A stretch of DNA of 64,000 bases from the NCBI GenBank assembly GCA_964035545.1, contig OZ037769.1, forward strand, positions 16,956,633 through 17,020,632, in the 5' to 3' direction. This stretch comes from Bugula neritina (taxonomy: Eukaryota; Animalia; Bryozoa). The stretch's first letter is position 1, and every line of letters starts with the position of its first letter. Positions 13,451-25,800 of this stretch are shown piece after piece. The notes under the pieces were generated by a model, which saw only the letters and a list, made by a program, of their open reading frames with translations, was not told the origin of the DNA and searched no databases. A program made the position numbers and the translations under genes.

Positions 13451-16400
13451 GTAGTATATGCACAGGTGCGATGGAGAACTGGGGTTTAGTGACGTACCGG
13501 GAGACGGCCCTACTTGTAGACCCCAAGAACTCCGCCTCCTCAGCCAAGCAGAGAGTTGCTCTCGTAGTCGGCCACGAGTTGGCTCACCAGTGGTTCGGTA
13601 ACCTCGTCACCATGGTAGGTTATGAGGTCAAGGTCGTCCTGTCATATATAAGTAGTAGCCTGAGGTCCATACTGTACACTCGGCATATCTTTGTAGGAGT
13701 GGTGGACCCACTTGTGGCTGAACGAAGGGTTTGCCTCGTTCATAGAGTACCTGTGTGTGGACTTCTGCTTCCCGGAGTTTGACATCTGGACTCAGTTCGT
13801 GAAACAAGATCTGGCAGAGGCCCTGGAGCTGGACGCTCTTAGGAACAGTCACCCCATCGAGGTGGGTTATCTCACCTTCTATAGCTGGGATCTCTCACCT
13901 TCTAGATCTGAGTTATCCCACCTTACACAGCTGGGTACTCTCACCTTCTACAGCTGGGTACTCTCACCTTACACAGCTGGGTTCTCCAAGTAAACTCTTC
14001 TCTCTATTCCCAGGTACCTGTCGGCCACCCTGCAGAAGTTGACGAGATATTTGATGCCATTTCCTACTGTAAAGGAGCCTCTGTGATAAGAATGCTTCAC
14101 AGCTGGATCGGTGATGAGGTGAGATAATAAACTGAGGTGAGATAATATACTGAGGTGGGATACTGAGGTGAGGTAATATACTGAGGTGGGATACTGAGGT
14201 GAGGTAATATACTGAGGTGAGATAATATACTGAGGTGAGATAATATACTGAGGTGAGATACTATACTGGGGTGAGATAATATACTGAGGTGAGATAATAT
14301 ACTGAGGTGAGATACTGAGGTGAGATACTATACTGAGGTGAGATAATATACTGAGGTGAGATTATATACTGAGGTGAGATACTGAGGTGAGATAATATAC
14401 TGAGGTGAGATACTATACTGAGGTGAGATACTGAGGTGAGATAATATACTGAGGTGAGATACTGAGGTGAGATAATATACTGAGGTGAGATACTATACTG
14501 AGGTGAGATACTGAGGTGAGATACTATACTGAGGTGAGATACTGAGGTGAGATAATATACTGAGGTGAGATACTATACTGAGGTGAGATAATATACTGAG
14601 GTGAGATAATATACTGAGGTGAGATACTATACTGAGGTGAGATACTATACTGAGGTGAGATAATATACTGAGGTGAGATACTGAGGTGAGATACTGAGGT
14701 GAGATGATATACTGAGGTGAGATACTATACTGAGGTGAGATACTGAGGTGAGATAATATACTGAGGTGAGATACTATACTGAGGTGAGATACTATACTGA
14801 GATGAGATACTGAGGTGAGATACTATACTGAGGTGAGATACTGAGGTGAGATAATATACTGAGGTGAGATACTATACTGAGGTGAGATACTATACTGAGA
14901 TGAGATAATATACTGAGGTGAGATACTGAGGTGAGATACTGAGGTGAGATAATATACTGAGGTGAGATACTGAGGTGAGATACTATACTGAGGTGAGATA
15001 CTATACTGAGGTGAGATACTGAGGTGAGATACTATACTGAGGTGAGATACTGAGGTGAGATAATATACTGAGGTGAGATACTATACTGAGGTGAGATAAT
15101 ATACTGAGGTGAGATAATATACTGAGGTGAGATACTATACTGAGGTGAGATACTGAGGTGAGATAATATACTGAGGTGAGTCACTGAGTCGCTGTGTGTC
15201 GCAGGCGTTCCGGAAAGGTCTCCATCAGTACCTCAACAAGTTTGCCTACAAGAACGCATTCACTGAGGACTTGTGGGAAGCCCTGGTGGAGTCGAGTGGT
15301 AAGCCAGTGGGGGAAGTTATGTCCACCTGGACTAGTCAGATGGGGTACCCCGTCCTGCAGGTGGATGAGAGGAAGGAGGGGGACAAGAGAGTGCTGACTA
15401 TTACTCAGTCCAAGTTCTGTGCTGACGGGAAACCCGCAGGTAATAAAGTAGCTCCATCTTGTAGACGTATGTCGTGGTGTGCGCACAGATGTACACACTA
15501 TATTGTATATTATATAATGTGTAATACTGTATATTGTGTACTGTATAATGTATATTACTGTATAATGTATGATATTGTAGATGGTGAATTCCATTGGATG
15601 GTTCCTATTGACATCATATCTTCTGCTGATCCCACTAAATCCATTTATTCTACTGTCTTGAAAGAGAAGACAACCACTGTAACACTAGAGGGCGTGAAAC
15701 CCTCAGACTGGGTCAAAGTATGTAATTATACTTACTCTACTAGTATTACTATACTTACTCTACTAGTATTACTATACTTACTCTACTAGTATTACTATAC
15801 TTACTCTACTAGTATTACTATACTTACTCTACTAGTATTACTATACTTACTCTACTAGTATTACTATACTTACTCTACTAGTACTACTGTACTTACTCTA
15901 CTAGTATTACTGTACTTACTCTACTAGTATTACTATACTTACTCTACTAGTATTACTATACTTACTCTACTAGTATTACTATACTTACTCTACTAGTACT
16001 ACTGTACTTACTCTACTAGTACTACTATACTTACTCTACTAGTATTACTATACTTACTCTACTAGTATTACTATACTTACTCTACTAGTATTACTGTACT
16101 TATTCTCATATTGCTAATGTCCACAGCTCAACCCCGGCACTGTTGGTGTGTATAGAGTGAGGTACACATCTGAGATGTTGGACAGTATGATACCTTCAGT
16201 GAAGGACCTCAGTCTACCTGCTAGAGACAGACTTGGGCTACAGAATGACCTGTTTGCTCTGGTGAGTTGGTCCACATTGCATTTGTTTACTGATCAGAGA
16301 TTAGTTTGGATCAGCTGAGTTAGTTTCTGCACCCGGGAGTTACCTCCTCTCTTATTGTAGGCTAGGGCAGGGCTGTGCTCCACCGTCGATGTACTGAAGG

Positions 16401-18213
16401 TGGCCGAAGCGTACAGATCTGAGACGGACTACACGGTCTGGTGTGACCTCACTGCTAACCTCTCCGCCATAGCAGTAGTCCTGCAGTACACCGACTGCTT
16501 TGACCTTTTCAGCGCTTTCAAGGTCAACTTGTTTTCCGATGTTGGCAAAAGACTCGGCTGGGAGAAACTGGCCAATGAGAGTGAGTGTCAGAATCAGGAG
16601 AAGACAATTACTATGCTTTATCTGTTTGTATAGTTTCTAGCTGCACCTCTAGACGTAGTATAGTAGACTAAGTCATAGGTGTGTAGGTTAGGACTAAGCA
16701 GTGAACTGTTCATGCAGGTAATAACATAGACTAGCCTGTGTTCTGCAGGTCCCCTTGACTCTATGCTGAGGACACTAGTGTTGGCCCAACTCGGGTCCTC
16801 TGGTCACCCTGAGACAGTCAACGAGGCTACGTCACGGTTTGATCAACATCTGGCAGCGACTAAGACACTCGACGCTGATTTGAGATCTGCGGTAAGTATC
16901 TGTGTGTCACTGTTAGTCACTGTTAGTTACTGTGAGTTGCTGTTAGTCACTGTTAGTTACTGTGAGTTGCTGTTAGTCACTGTGAGTTGCTGTTACTGTT
17001 AGTTACTGTGAGTTGCTGTTAGTCACTCTTAGTTACTGTTAGTCACTCTTAGTTACTGTAAGTTACTGTGAGTTACTGTTAGTCACTGTGAGTTACTGTT
17101 AGTCACTGTGACCATTATATTCACTTCTGCTCTTTGCAGGTCTACAGTGTAGTGATGAAGAGGGGAGATGAATCATACTGTGATAAAATGACAGACGTGA
17201 GTAACATTACCTGTTCACTCTTCTTTCTATTTACCTGTTCACTCTTCTCTCTATTTACCTAGACTACAGTGTACACATCTTGACCTGTTTTCACTCTGCA
17301 TCTATCATCATATTGTTGTGAACCGAGTGTATATAGTATAGTATATACATATACATATACTTGTGTAGTGTATACACTGTGTGTGTGTCCACAGCTATAT
17401 AGAACCAGTGAACTTAGTGAGGAGAAAGTAAGAATATTGCGGGTGCTGGGTCAGACCCCCAACTCTGAAAAGCTGAAGAGTGCTTTGGAGTTTTCCATAT
17501 CTGTAAGTTGACTATCTTATGAAGACAATATACAATGTTACATAGCAGCTCATTGGCTGTTGTATTACCTGCAACATGTATTGTGATGTTCAATTGGTTG
17601 ACCACAATTGTGCTGTTATTTCATTGGCTGATATGTTGGCAGGAGGAAGTGAGGTCACAGGATGCAGTGTTCTGTATCGCTGGGGCAACCAGCTCAGCTC
17701 AAGGTCGTCAGCTGTCGTGGGAGTTCCTGCAGAGCAACTGGACTAAACTCTCCTCCATGTACGAGGGGGGTTTCCTACTCGCCCGACTTGTCAAGATTTG
17801 CACTGAGAACTTTGCTGACCGAAACAAGATCTCAGAGATAAAGGTGTGTAGTCTGTGCTGACCAGGGCTATTGAGATATTAAATTTTAACATACCCGACT
17901 TATTAGCTAATATTTATTAAAAATAGGCTATTTTGTTTAAGGAAAAAACTGTATTTCAAACCAACTCTTAATAATTTGAACATCTGCGTTTATGAAATAC
18001 TGGAAAGACAACTCCTCCAGCTCTCCACTGTAATGTGCTGCCGCTGTTATATGGCTGCTGCTGCCACTGTTGTAGGAGTTCTTTGAGAAGAATCCAGCTC
18101 CTGCTGCAAACCGGGTCATCCAACAATCCTGTGAGAACATCGAGCTAAATGCAGCTCTTTTGGAGAGAGACGGGGACGCAGTGAAGGCGTACCTCTCCGA
18201 ACTTACCAAATAA
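10298..18213 (+). CDS. NPEPPS: Puromycin-sensitive aminopeptidase (M1 zinc metallopeptidase), ~864 aa with exon 4a
   Basis: Exons 10298-10420, 11567-11648, 11756-11826, [12059-12184 OR 12236-12367], 12557-12664, 12790-12984, 13186-13282, 13466-13614, 13697-13861, 14014-14118, 15205-15439, 15581-15717, 16127-16261, 16361-16580, 16749-16891, 17140-17196, 17395-17502, 17643-17843, 18076-18213; all GT-AG with matching phases; motifs [35 protein letters not shown]-x-NEGFA, FDAISY.KG. Confidence 0.95.
11923..12055 (+). repeat. 35-bp intronic tandem repeat abutting exon 4a acceptor
   Basis: Unit gcggagtaatactag(a/t)tggtgtgttatgttgctat, nearly 4 copies. Confidence 0.9.
12059..12184 (+). CDS. NPEPPS: PSA exon 4a (canonical, ends TQFE)
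   Basis: ttatgcag|CAA...TTTGAG|gtacgg; 126 nt, phase 0/0; [42 protein letters not shown]. Confidence 0.93.
12236..12367 (+). CDS. NPEPPS: PSA exon 4b (duplicated alternative exon, ends TMLC)
   Basis: ctttaccttgcag|GCT...TGC|gtgagt; 132 nt, phase 0/0, no stops; [44 protein letters not shown] aligns with exon 4a. Confidence 0.85.
12672..12767 (+). repeat. (TAG)n microsatellite in PSA intron
   Basis: Visible AGT/TAG run right after the donor at 12665. Confidence 0.9.
14115..15180 (+). repeat. 13/18-bp minisatellite containing the host donor TGAG|GTGAGA
   Basis: About 60 units of atactgaggtgag(ataat/atact) fill PSA intron 14119-15204. Confidence 0.97.
15728..16105 (+). repeat. 23-bp intronic minisatellite (ATACTTACTCTACTAGTATTACT)
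   Basis: About 16 copies fill PSA intron 15718-16126. Confidence 0.95.
16905..17110 (+). repeat. Degenerate 10-bp intronic repeat (CTGTTAGTCA/CTGTGAGTTA)
   Basis: Visible array in PSA intron 16892-17139. Confidence 0.9.
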
Positions 18214-18696
18214 AGTGGTCCAACGCTAACATTCCTCAGTGTACAACCAATCAAATGTACCGAACATTTGTGTGCAAGAGCAGTACACATTCTAGGGAGT
18301 TGTGTTCCCTTTGTTATGTATCGATGTATATCATCAATTATATCTGTCCGTAAACCGTAATATATATAAGTTGCTTCTTAATGTATATTTTGAGCATTAC
18401 AAACATTTGTATTGTTTTTAAAAGTTCAATAACAAATTTTAATGCAAAATTAAAAAATATAAATAAATCAACATAACAGTTTCTGGAATTATTGTAGTTT
18501 CACAGAAAAAATAATACATGTGAATAATACAGTAGATAATGTCAATACATGTTAATAATGTAGACTTTGTGTATAAAGTGTATAGCAGGTGTAATGTAAC
18601 TGAAACAGAACGATTTGCAAAATAACAAATATATACTACTGACTACATTGCATGAACCTAGTATTCCTAGTAATGAATATAAAAATAATATAAAAT

Positions 18697-20146
18697 CTAC
18701 CAGCTTTGCTGTAATTTCTGAAGATGTTCCACTGCATTGTTGCTAATATTGAGAGGTACGAATATAGACTTGAGGTCCGGTTCCCCCATCATTGACAGGC
18801 CAGCTAAACCCATGTAGGAGTGTAACGGGTCGGGGGTTGTAGTTGTCCACTTGCCGAACCCCCCTACCACATTGTCCTGAACTGACAGGAGCCATTTCCT
18901 ATTAGCCGAAGTGTTGACAAACTGAAAAGAGTTAAGTATGCGGAGTGTGGCGCCGATCCAGAAGGAATAGCACGTGTCGACTGGCTTGTTCGGACGTCCC
19001 TGGAACCCCGACTCCTGACGCTTGAGACACCATTGTTTAAGGAGGGACAACTCCACAGGTTTCAGACTGTCTAGTCTATTGAATAAGTAAAGAGCAGCTA
19101 CAGCGCAGAACGTGGAGCCACCGTGAGCTTCTAGGAAGGGGCCCTGCCCAAACCCGCCCTCATAACTCAGACTCGACAGGACATAGTTCACAGCTTTGTC
19201 AACGTTTATAGTAGAGAAGTCATTGAGGATGTAGCAGACACACGCCACGCAGTACAGGAACCTCATGTCATTCTCCGAGCCCTCTATGCAATACTGGAAG
19301 CTGCCGTCTGGCAGCTGTAAACTTGTCAGTCCGTAGGCGAGGGCCTGTCTGTCCACCCGACTCAAGTCATCTCCCAGTATTAGCAGAGAACAGAGGGCTG
19401 TGTAGGTCATGGCCACGTGTCCGTGGTCGTAATATATACAGTCTTTTTGAGGCTGGGTGAAGGAGGCCCCTGTCCACGTTGAACCTCTGAACCCACAGGC
19501 ACTCATGTCTGAAAGTCCATCCTAAAACATCAGAGAGATAAATATACTAAATCAACATATAATAATATATAATATAATAATATATAATATAGATATTAAA
19601 TCAACAAACTGAGTAGAAGGTCTATACACATCTCGACATGCATAGCTGAAAACAACTGGCTCATTACATATAAGAACTTACTCTCTGAGTGGGTAGAACC
19701 TGGAGAGAATAAATCCACTCCACCATTTCAGAACGAGATATCTTGATATCATCCAGTCTGTTTAATAAATCCAAACCGTTTATAGCAAAGAATGACAGCG
19801 TATTTCTGTTAACATCGAGGGAAGAGAACTGAGCAGGTATTACCTGAAACACAACAGCCATCTGGTGTACACTCTTAGGACTAAGGCACTTTGTTACACT
19901 GCTAGTTACAGGTAGACTATATATAACACTGCTAGTTACAGGTAGACTATATATAACACTGCTAGTTACAGGTAGACTATATATCACTGATAGTTACAGG
20001 TAGACTATATATATCACTGCTAGTTACAGGTAGACTATATATATCACTGCTAGTTACAGGTAGACTATATATATCATGTGTATTACCTGTAAAACCCTTT
20101 CAAAATACTTGACATGCTTTTTAACTTTCAATTCCTCTTCTTCCAT
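18697..20146 (-). CDS. PGGT1B: Geranylgeranyltransferase type-I beta subunit, ~348 aa
   Basis: Exons 20146-20087, 19843-19682, 19521-18697; motifs KHVKYF.R.LQ, WIYSLQV, GH.AMTYTAL, ENDMRF.YC, EAHGGSTFCA, GRPNKPVDTCYSFW, DPLHSY.GL. Confidence 0.95.
19895..20076. repeat. 30-bp tandem repeat in PGGT1B intron
   Basis: Unit cactgctagttacaggtagactatatata(a/t), 6 copies. Confidence 0.95.
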
Positions 20147-22860
20147 GGCATGAACTGTTGAAAAGAATAACATTAACTAGTGCTTCGACCAAATTACATT
20201 ATACCAGTTACAGATTCAGAAAAGATTAATGGGTGTTAGTGTTACCAGTAGTTAGCTATAATTATGCTGGTATAAGCTAAATCACATCACAGCAATTCCT
20301 TCAAAAAATAAGCAGCAATTTTCACAAAGATAAACCCGCAACAGAGTGTTAATAAATGAATAATGATACTAAATAAAATAATAATGGTGAAATGATTGTT
20401 TGATAATAATAATGAAAAGAATTATGATAACAATACTGTTAAAGTTAAAGCTAGACATACTTACTGATATTGATGCTACTACTCATATGCATAATGAGAG
20501 TTATACTTATAACAGTCTTAATAACTAATAGTAGTAGTAAATAAGTAATAAACAAGTAATAATAATAAGCAATATTAATATTTATAATAATCATAATTAT
20601 GCTCATACACTAATACAATGATACTCACTATGACAATAATACTCTCCTGTCTTACTGACTAACAGACACACTCACCCACACTGTAACCGTTAGACTAAAA
20701 CTTAGTATAATAATCATGAGGCATGGTATTGACTTTGAGAATCCTCATTCTGGTTCGCACAATCAATAGCACTGTCAGTATGAGTATCATAATGATAATT
20801 ATCGTGAGAACCAGAATAACTATAATATTAATAATGATAAAATTAAAATAACATTAATTGATTAACTTAACTTCAAGTTTAAATGATTAATTCTACGTTT
20901 AACCATTAATTTCAACTTCAACATTAGCATGAAGTAAAAAATAGCATAAAATTAAAATATGATTACCTGAGGCTAAGTTGAACAACTAGAACTAGAAGTA
21001 TAACAGTTGGTGTTACTATAAGTATAAGTATAACTCTATAAGTATAACTCACTTTTACTTTTAGTTTTAATAAAAAAAATTGTTATGATCATCAATATTA
21101 ATATAAATATCAATATTGACAAAATAAAATACACTAATTAATTAGTTACTAATTACTAACTAATAATAATAATGGGTAATTACTAATTAGTAATTAATTT
21201 AAGAATTAGAATTTCAATCTGAATCTCGATCTGAAAGTGAATTTGACTCAGCAGTTAGAACTTAGACTTAATTACTGTTAATAATTACTTATTAGTCTAA
21301 GCACTACTAATAAAACTAATAGTTGTAAGGCGTGAAAATTTAATATTGGCGAGCTCTCGTCGTTGACACTTGTAAATTATACTTTTTTAAAAAAAATCAG
21401 CCACAACTTCTTGATCTACGAGAGCTCCAGTATCAACGAAAGCTGGATATAGGTTTAAAAAAGGCTTAAACTAAAGCACTATAATTACGGAAACGGATAG
21501 AAATGTTTTAACTAGCAGTTGTCTTCTCTATACTAACAGAGCCGATGACCCCTCAGCTATTATACTAGTCATAGTGACAGAATCTACCAGTAATACCAAG
21601 TCTATTTTCAAGTAAATTAAGCCTTCAAACCATTATTATTGTGGTTAAGACCTTATAATTATGTTATACTAGTATAGTTGGAAATAGAGTTCATCTACCA
21701 GCTTTACAGTGTAGGTCAACTCTGGTCAATTATTTGCTGCTACTAGGCTTTAAAAACCAAACACTCATTTCCAGCTACATTTCAGGGTTAAAATCAATAC
21801 CTCATATTATGCAGCAATATTATGCAAACAGTCACTTTTGAGTATAGTTTTTAACACCAATTAGTTATACGAAATATTTTGTTTTCACTTGCATTAATCA
21901 ATCTAATGATCTATATGAGGTAATTTAGTAAAACTGTGTCCACATTTGTGTACTCTGTTTGCATTGTGATGCACATATCATTATTTTATTGCATCCTTGT
22001 GATTACTTGTCAAGTACTAGCAGGTATCTTGTAATGCTTGTACTACATGAGCTTGATATTGAGGTGTTACATGGACACTCCTGGGGCTGAGTAGTAGCAT
22101 AAAGACTATAGATATAATATCGAGTGACAGATGATGTACAACTATGTCCCTGCTGTCCTGTAACTTGATACAACGCGACAAAAATAGATGCCAATATAAA
22201 TTGTAGCTGTCACAGTTGAGAGGTAATAATAGTAAGTACTGCATGCCACACGCACTCTAATGATGTAACTTTACGCTACCCTTCAGCTATGCAAACAAAG
22301 TTAGCTAAACTTTCTTCATTCTCATTAGCTATTGGTTCATAAACTGCAGCAATAGTTACTGAGATTGTAGGAAGGGCGGTGGAAACAATTCTCAAGTTAC
22401 ACTTGCAATTAGACTGCGTACATTGTAAATTATATGGCTATTTAGTCTAAGGCAGCTTTAGGAATACTGTATATTACATTGGAACAAATAATATATTATA
22501 TAATATACTACATATATCACAATAATATATTACATATATTATAATATACTACATATATCATAATAATATATCATAATTCAGATATCTGAAAACAGCTATC
22601 TATTATGGCATGTTGCTTTAAAATCTCAATAGAAATAAAATAGATTATGACTGTATGATTATGTACACGTGTTGAAAATGGTGGATAAACATGATATAAT
22701 AAAGTTTTCTAATTTGTTAGAAAAATAAATATTGCTCCATAATGCAGAGTTGTCTTTCCTTGTATAGACATAAACTTAATATAAATATTTCCAAGTAATT
22801 TATAACTAACTTGTCAAACTAAATACTGTAAAACACTAAAAACAAGTAAGTCACCAGGAT

Positions 22861-25800
22861 TTAGGTCAGTGCTTTACCCCAGGTGAGGATCTTCCTATCC
22901 GTGTTGTATTCCAGGGCCCTATTCAAAGCGTTCCTCATATCCACCCCTTCGAACCCCCCCTGTACCAGCTCATCGTTGTGTATGTCTATGTTATTGTTAC
23001 ACACAGCCAGTGTTCGTAGTGAGAAGTTGTCATGTGACAGAACTACGAGCATCCTGTGTAGACTGGCCCGGTTGACACTGCAAAGGTTGAGATAGAGCGT
23101 CTGCAACGTGCTGTTCATAACCAACATGTCCGCCAACGCCTCACACCCGTCATCCCCGACAGCATTGTTGCTGAGGTAGAGGGCAGCAAGGGTGTGATTG
23201 TTAGTCAACACTCTAGCCAATGACTGAGCCCCTTCAGAGTGGATGCCACACTGCTCCATGTGTAGCTCCCTCAGTCCGTCGTAATTGTCCAGTATATCAC
23301 AGAAATGCGTCACGCCCTCGTCCCCAATGTCATTGTGACTGATGTCCAGGGCCTGTAGGCTCGTGTTACCCTTCAGCGCTAAAGCTAAGTAGCGACAGCC
23401 GATGTCGGTTATCTGATTGCCTCGCAGGTTCAAAGTTCTGATTGTTTGGTTTCCGTGGAGACCAGCGACCATGGCCTCGCAGTCTTCATCGGAGAGGTCA
23501 TTGTAACTTAGGTCAAGGATCTCTAGAGAAGAGTTCTGAGTTAGAAGACGAGACAGTATCGCACCAGCACCAGTCTGCAAAGAGAAGAGAAGAATATGTA
23601 GAATAATACATCCTTATACAGATAGAGAGATAGCACATCATCTCTTAGTTTCTCACTTATCAAGTTTCACAATACTGAGCACTCACTTTAGTTTATTTTT
23701 TACTTATTATTTCACAATTTATGAGAGAAACAGCTGACGAAGTCTGACTGTAACAATTTGTTATCAACACATCAACACAATTCAAGTGTAGAGTGAAAAC
23801 TTTGGCCCACTGTTCTACATTGCAACAAGATCATATAACATGTCAGTTTTTTCTAACCATAAACTTTTGACAAATTTAAAAAGCTTTGTTGCAGTTCCTT
23901 TGTTGAAGGGGTGACTGATGAGAGAGTTAATGTGATTATACAAAAGCTATGAGGTCAGCGAGATTATACAATTGTGAAAGACTTTCACTTGGAGTGTTGA
24001 ATATGTTATTCACATCAGAATGAGAATATCAAATTCCCTTTATGATTGTTACTGAATAATCATAAGAAGTCAATTCAAATTATCCCAAATAAAGACTTTC
24101 AACTTTTCAACTTTAGTTGAGAGCGGAAGACTTTTTACATTTGTACATTGGTGGGGTGATTAATTTTAAATACTGAACACAAATAATTACACAATAAATT
24201 AAGTTGTATGATAATAGTGCGACTAAAACAATTTTTCCACATTTAGATCAACAAACTGATGGAGTCTGTATAGCTGAAATTACTGAAAGCTGGAAGATGT
24301 TTAAGTGACTCATTTTTAAATCCCTGTTATATATCTCACGACATGCTCACTCTAGTGGCCCTCAAGTACAGGGGCCCACAACTCCACTGTGAACAAGAGT
24401 TATCCGCTCTTACCTGTAGATTAGTGTGACACAGTATCAGCTCTCGTATCGACCCATTCCTCTCCATAGCCTTAGCTAATATGTCAAAGCCTTCGTTCTC
24501 TATGGGGTTTAACCTGAGATTTAGCTTCTCTAGGCATCGGTTTCCTTCAATACCAAAGACTAGCTTTGAAATACCCTTAGAACTGAGTCTATTCTTGCCG
24601 AGATTGAGCTGAGAGATGACGTTGTATTTACGCAGAACTTCGCCAAGTGCGGCACAACTCGAGTTGCCGAAGTTTTCGTCGTACACCTCTAGAAGCAAGA
24701 TAGGCTGCATTCCATCCAACGTGTCACCAATGAGGTCGGGCTGGTCCAGCAGCACCCGAGGTCGATGTTGCTGCACAGTACAGTGTTTAGTAGTCAGAGA
24801 AAAGTTCCACTTGTTAGCCTTAGCTCCTATAATGAACACATCATTCAGTGTTTCCAGCAGATTGCTAATTAGCCTCTGGTCTTCGTGGACCCGAAGTATT
24901 TCCCTCAGTCTGTCAAACCACCCGTCCCCGTGTTCGAGAATACGGTCTACAATCAGCTGACTCGACTCTCTCTGACTGCACATGCTCAGGTTTAGTGCCT
25001 CCATTTCTGCCTCATTCACAAGAGACTCATTCACGAAACACTCCCACACGCGGTCGGGTTTCAGCCGATCCACGAGCACATCCTGAGACAGACACATAAT
25101 CTGCCATGACCTGTAAACACAACAGCAGCATTAGTTTGCTGACTCTGAGGTCAAAGGGCGCAAAACTCTGAGTAAATTTTATAAATGCCAAATTTTATAC
25201 CCGAAAAGCATTGAAATGCTTCCGTCCAAGTTTGACTAACAAAAAGCTATTCTGTAAAGTATTCTAGTAACAGAATAACACGTGTTTATCATGCAGGCCT
25301 TTAGGGTGTGAATAACACGGAGAATTAGTAAACAAGAGTGCAGCAGAAGGCGAGTGCCAGAGTCGTATGCTACTGTGACTCAACGTTGCCACTTCCTATT
25401 GTAAACAGTTGATTCAACTCCAATTCATCAATTAGTTGCCGGAAAGGAAAATAATGTTGAAACTGATTTACATAAACAATAAATAAAGTTATGTGACAGG
25501 AATGTCATAGCGAGAGGCTGCCATGTGATGTTCTAGAGATACTGTTTGAGCTAAATTCACCTCATTCTGGCAGCGTAGAGATTCTGGTACAGGTCGTCAG
25601 CGTCTTCTTCTGCCTCGCTGATATGCACCGACGTTGTGTCTCCTATTTTCTCTAGAGACAGGGCCTTTCGCACTTCATCCCATAATTCCATCACTTCCTG
25701 AATAACAAAATAATTGAACTCGTGCTAAACTGCTGTAGATACTCGTGCTAAACTGCTGTAGGTACTCGTGCTAAACTGCTGTAGGTACTCGTGCTAAACT

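Noticed and set aside
14115-15180. CRISPR-like appearance of tandem arrays
   Set aside because: No unique spacers, no cas genes, eukaryotic intronic context
22861-25110. Calling the LRR gene NLRC3 or NOD1
   Set aside because: No NACHT/Walker motifs; CARD-like segment and first LRRs share one exon, leaving no room
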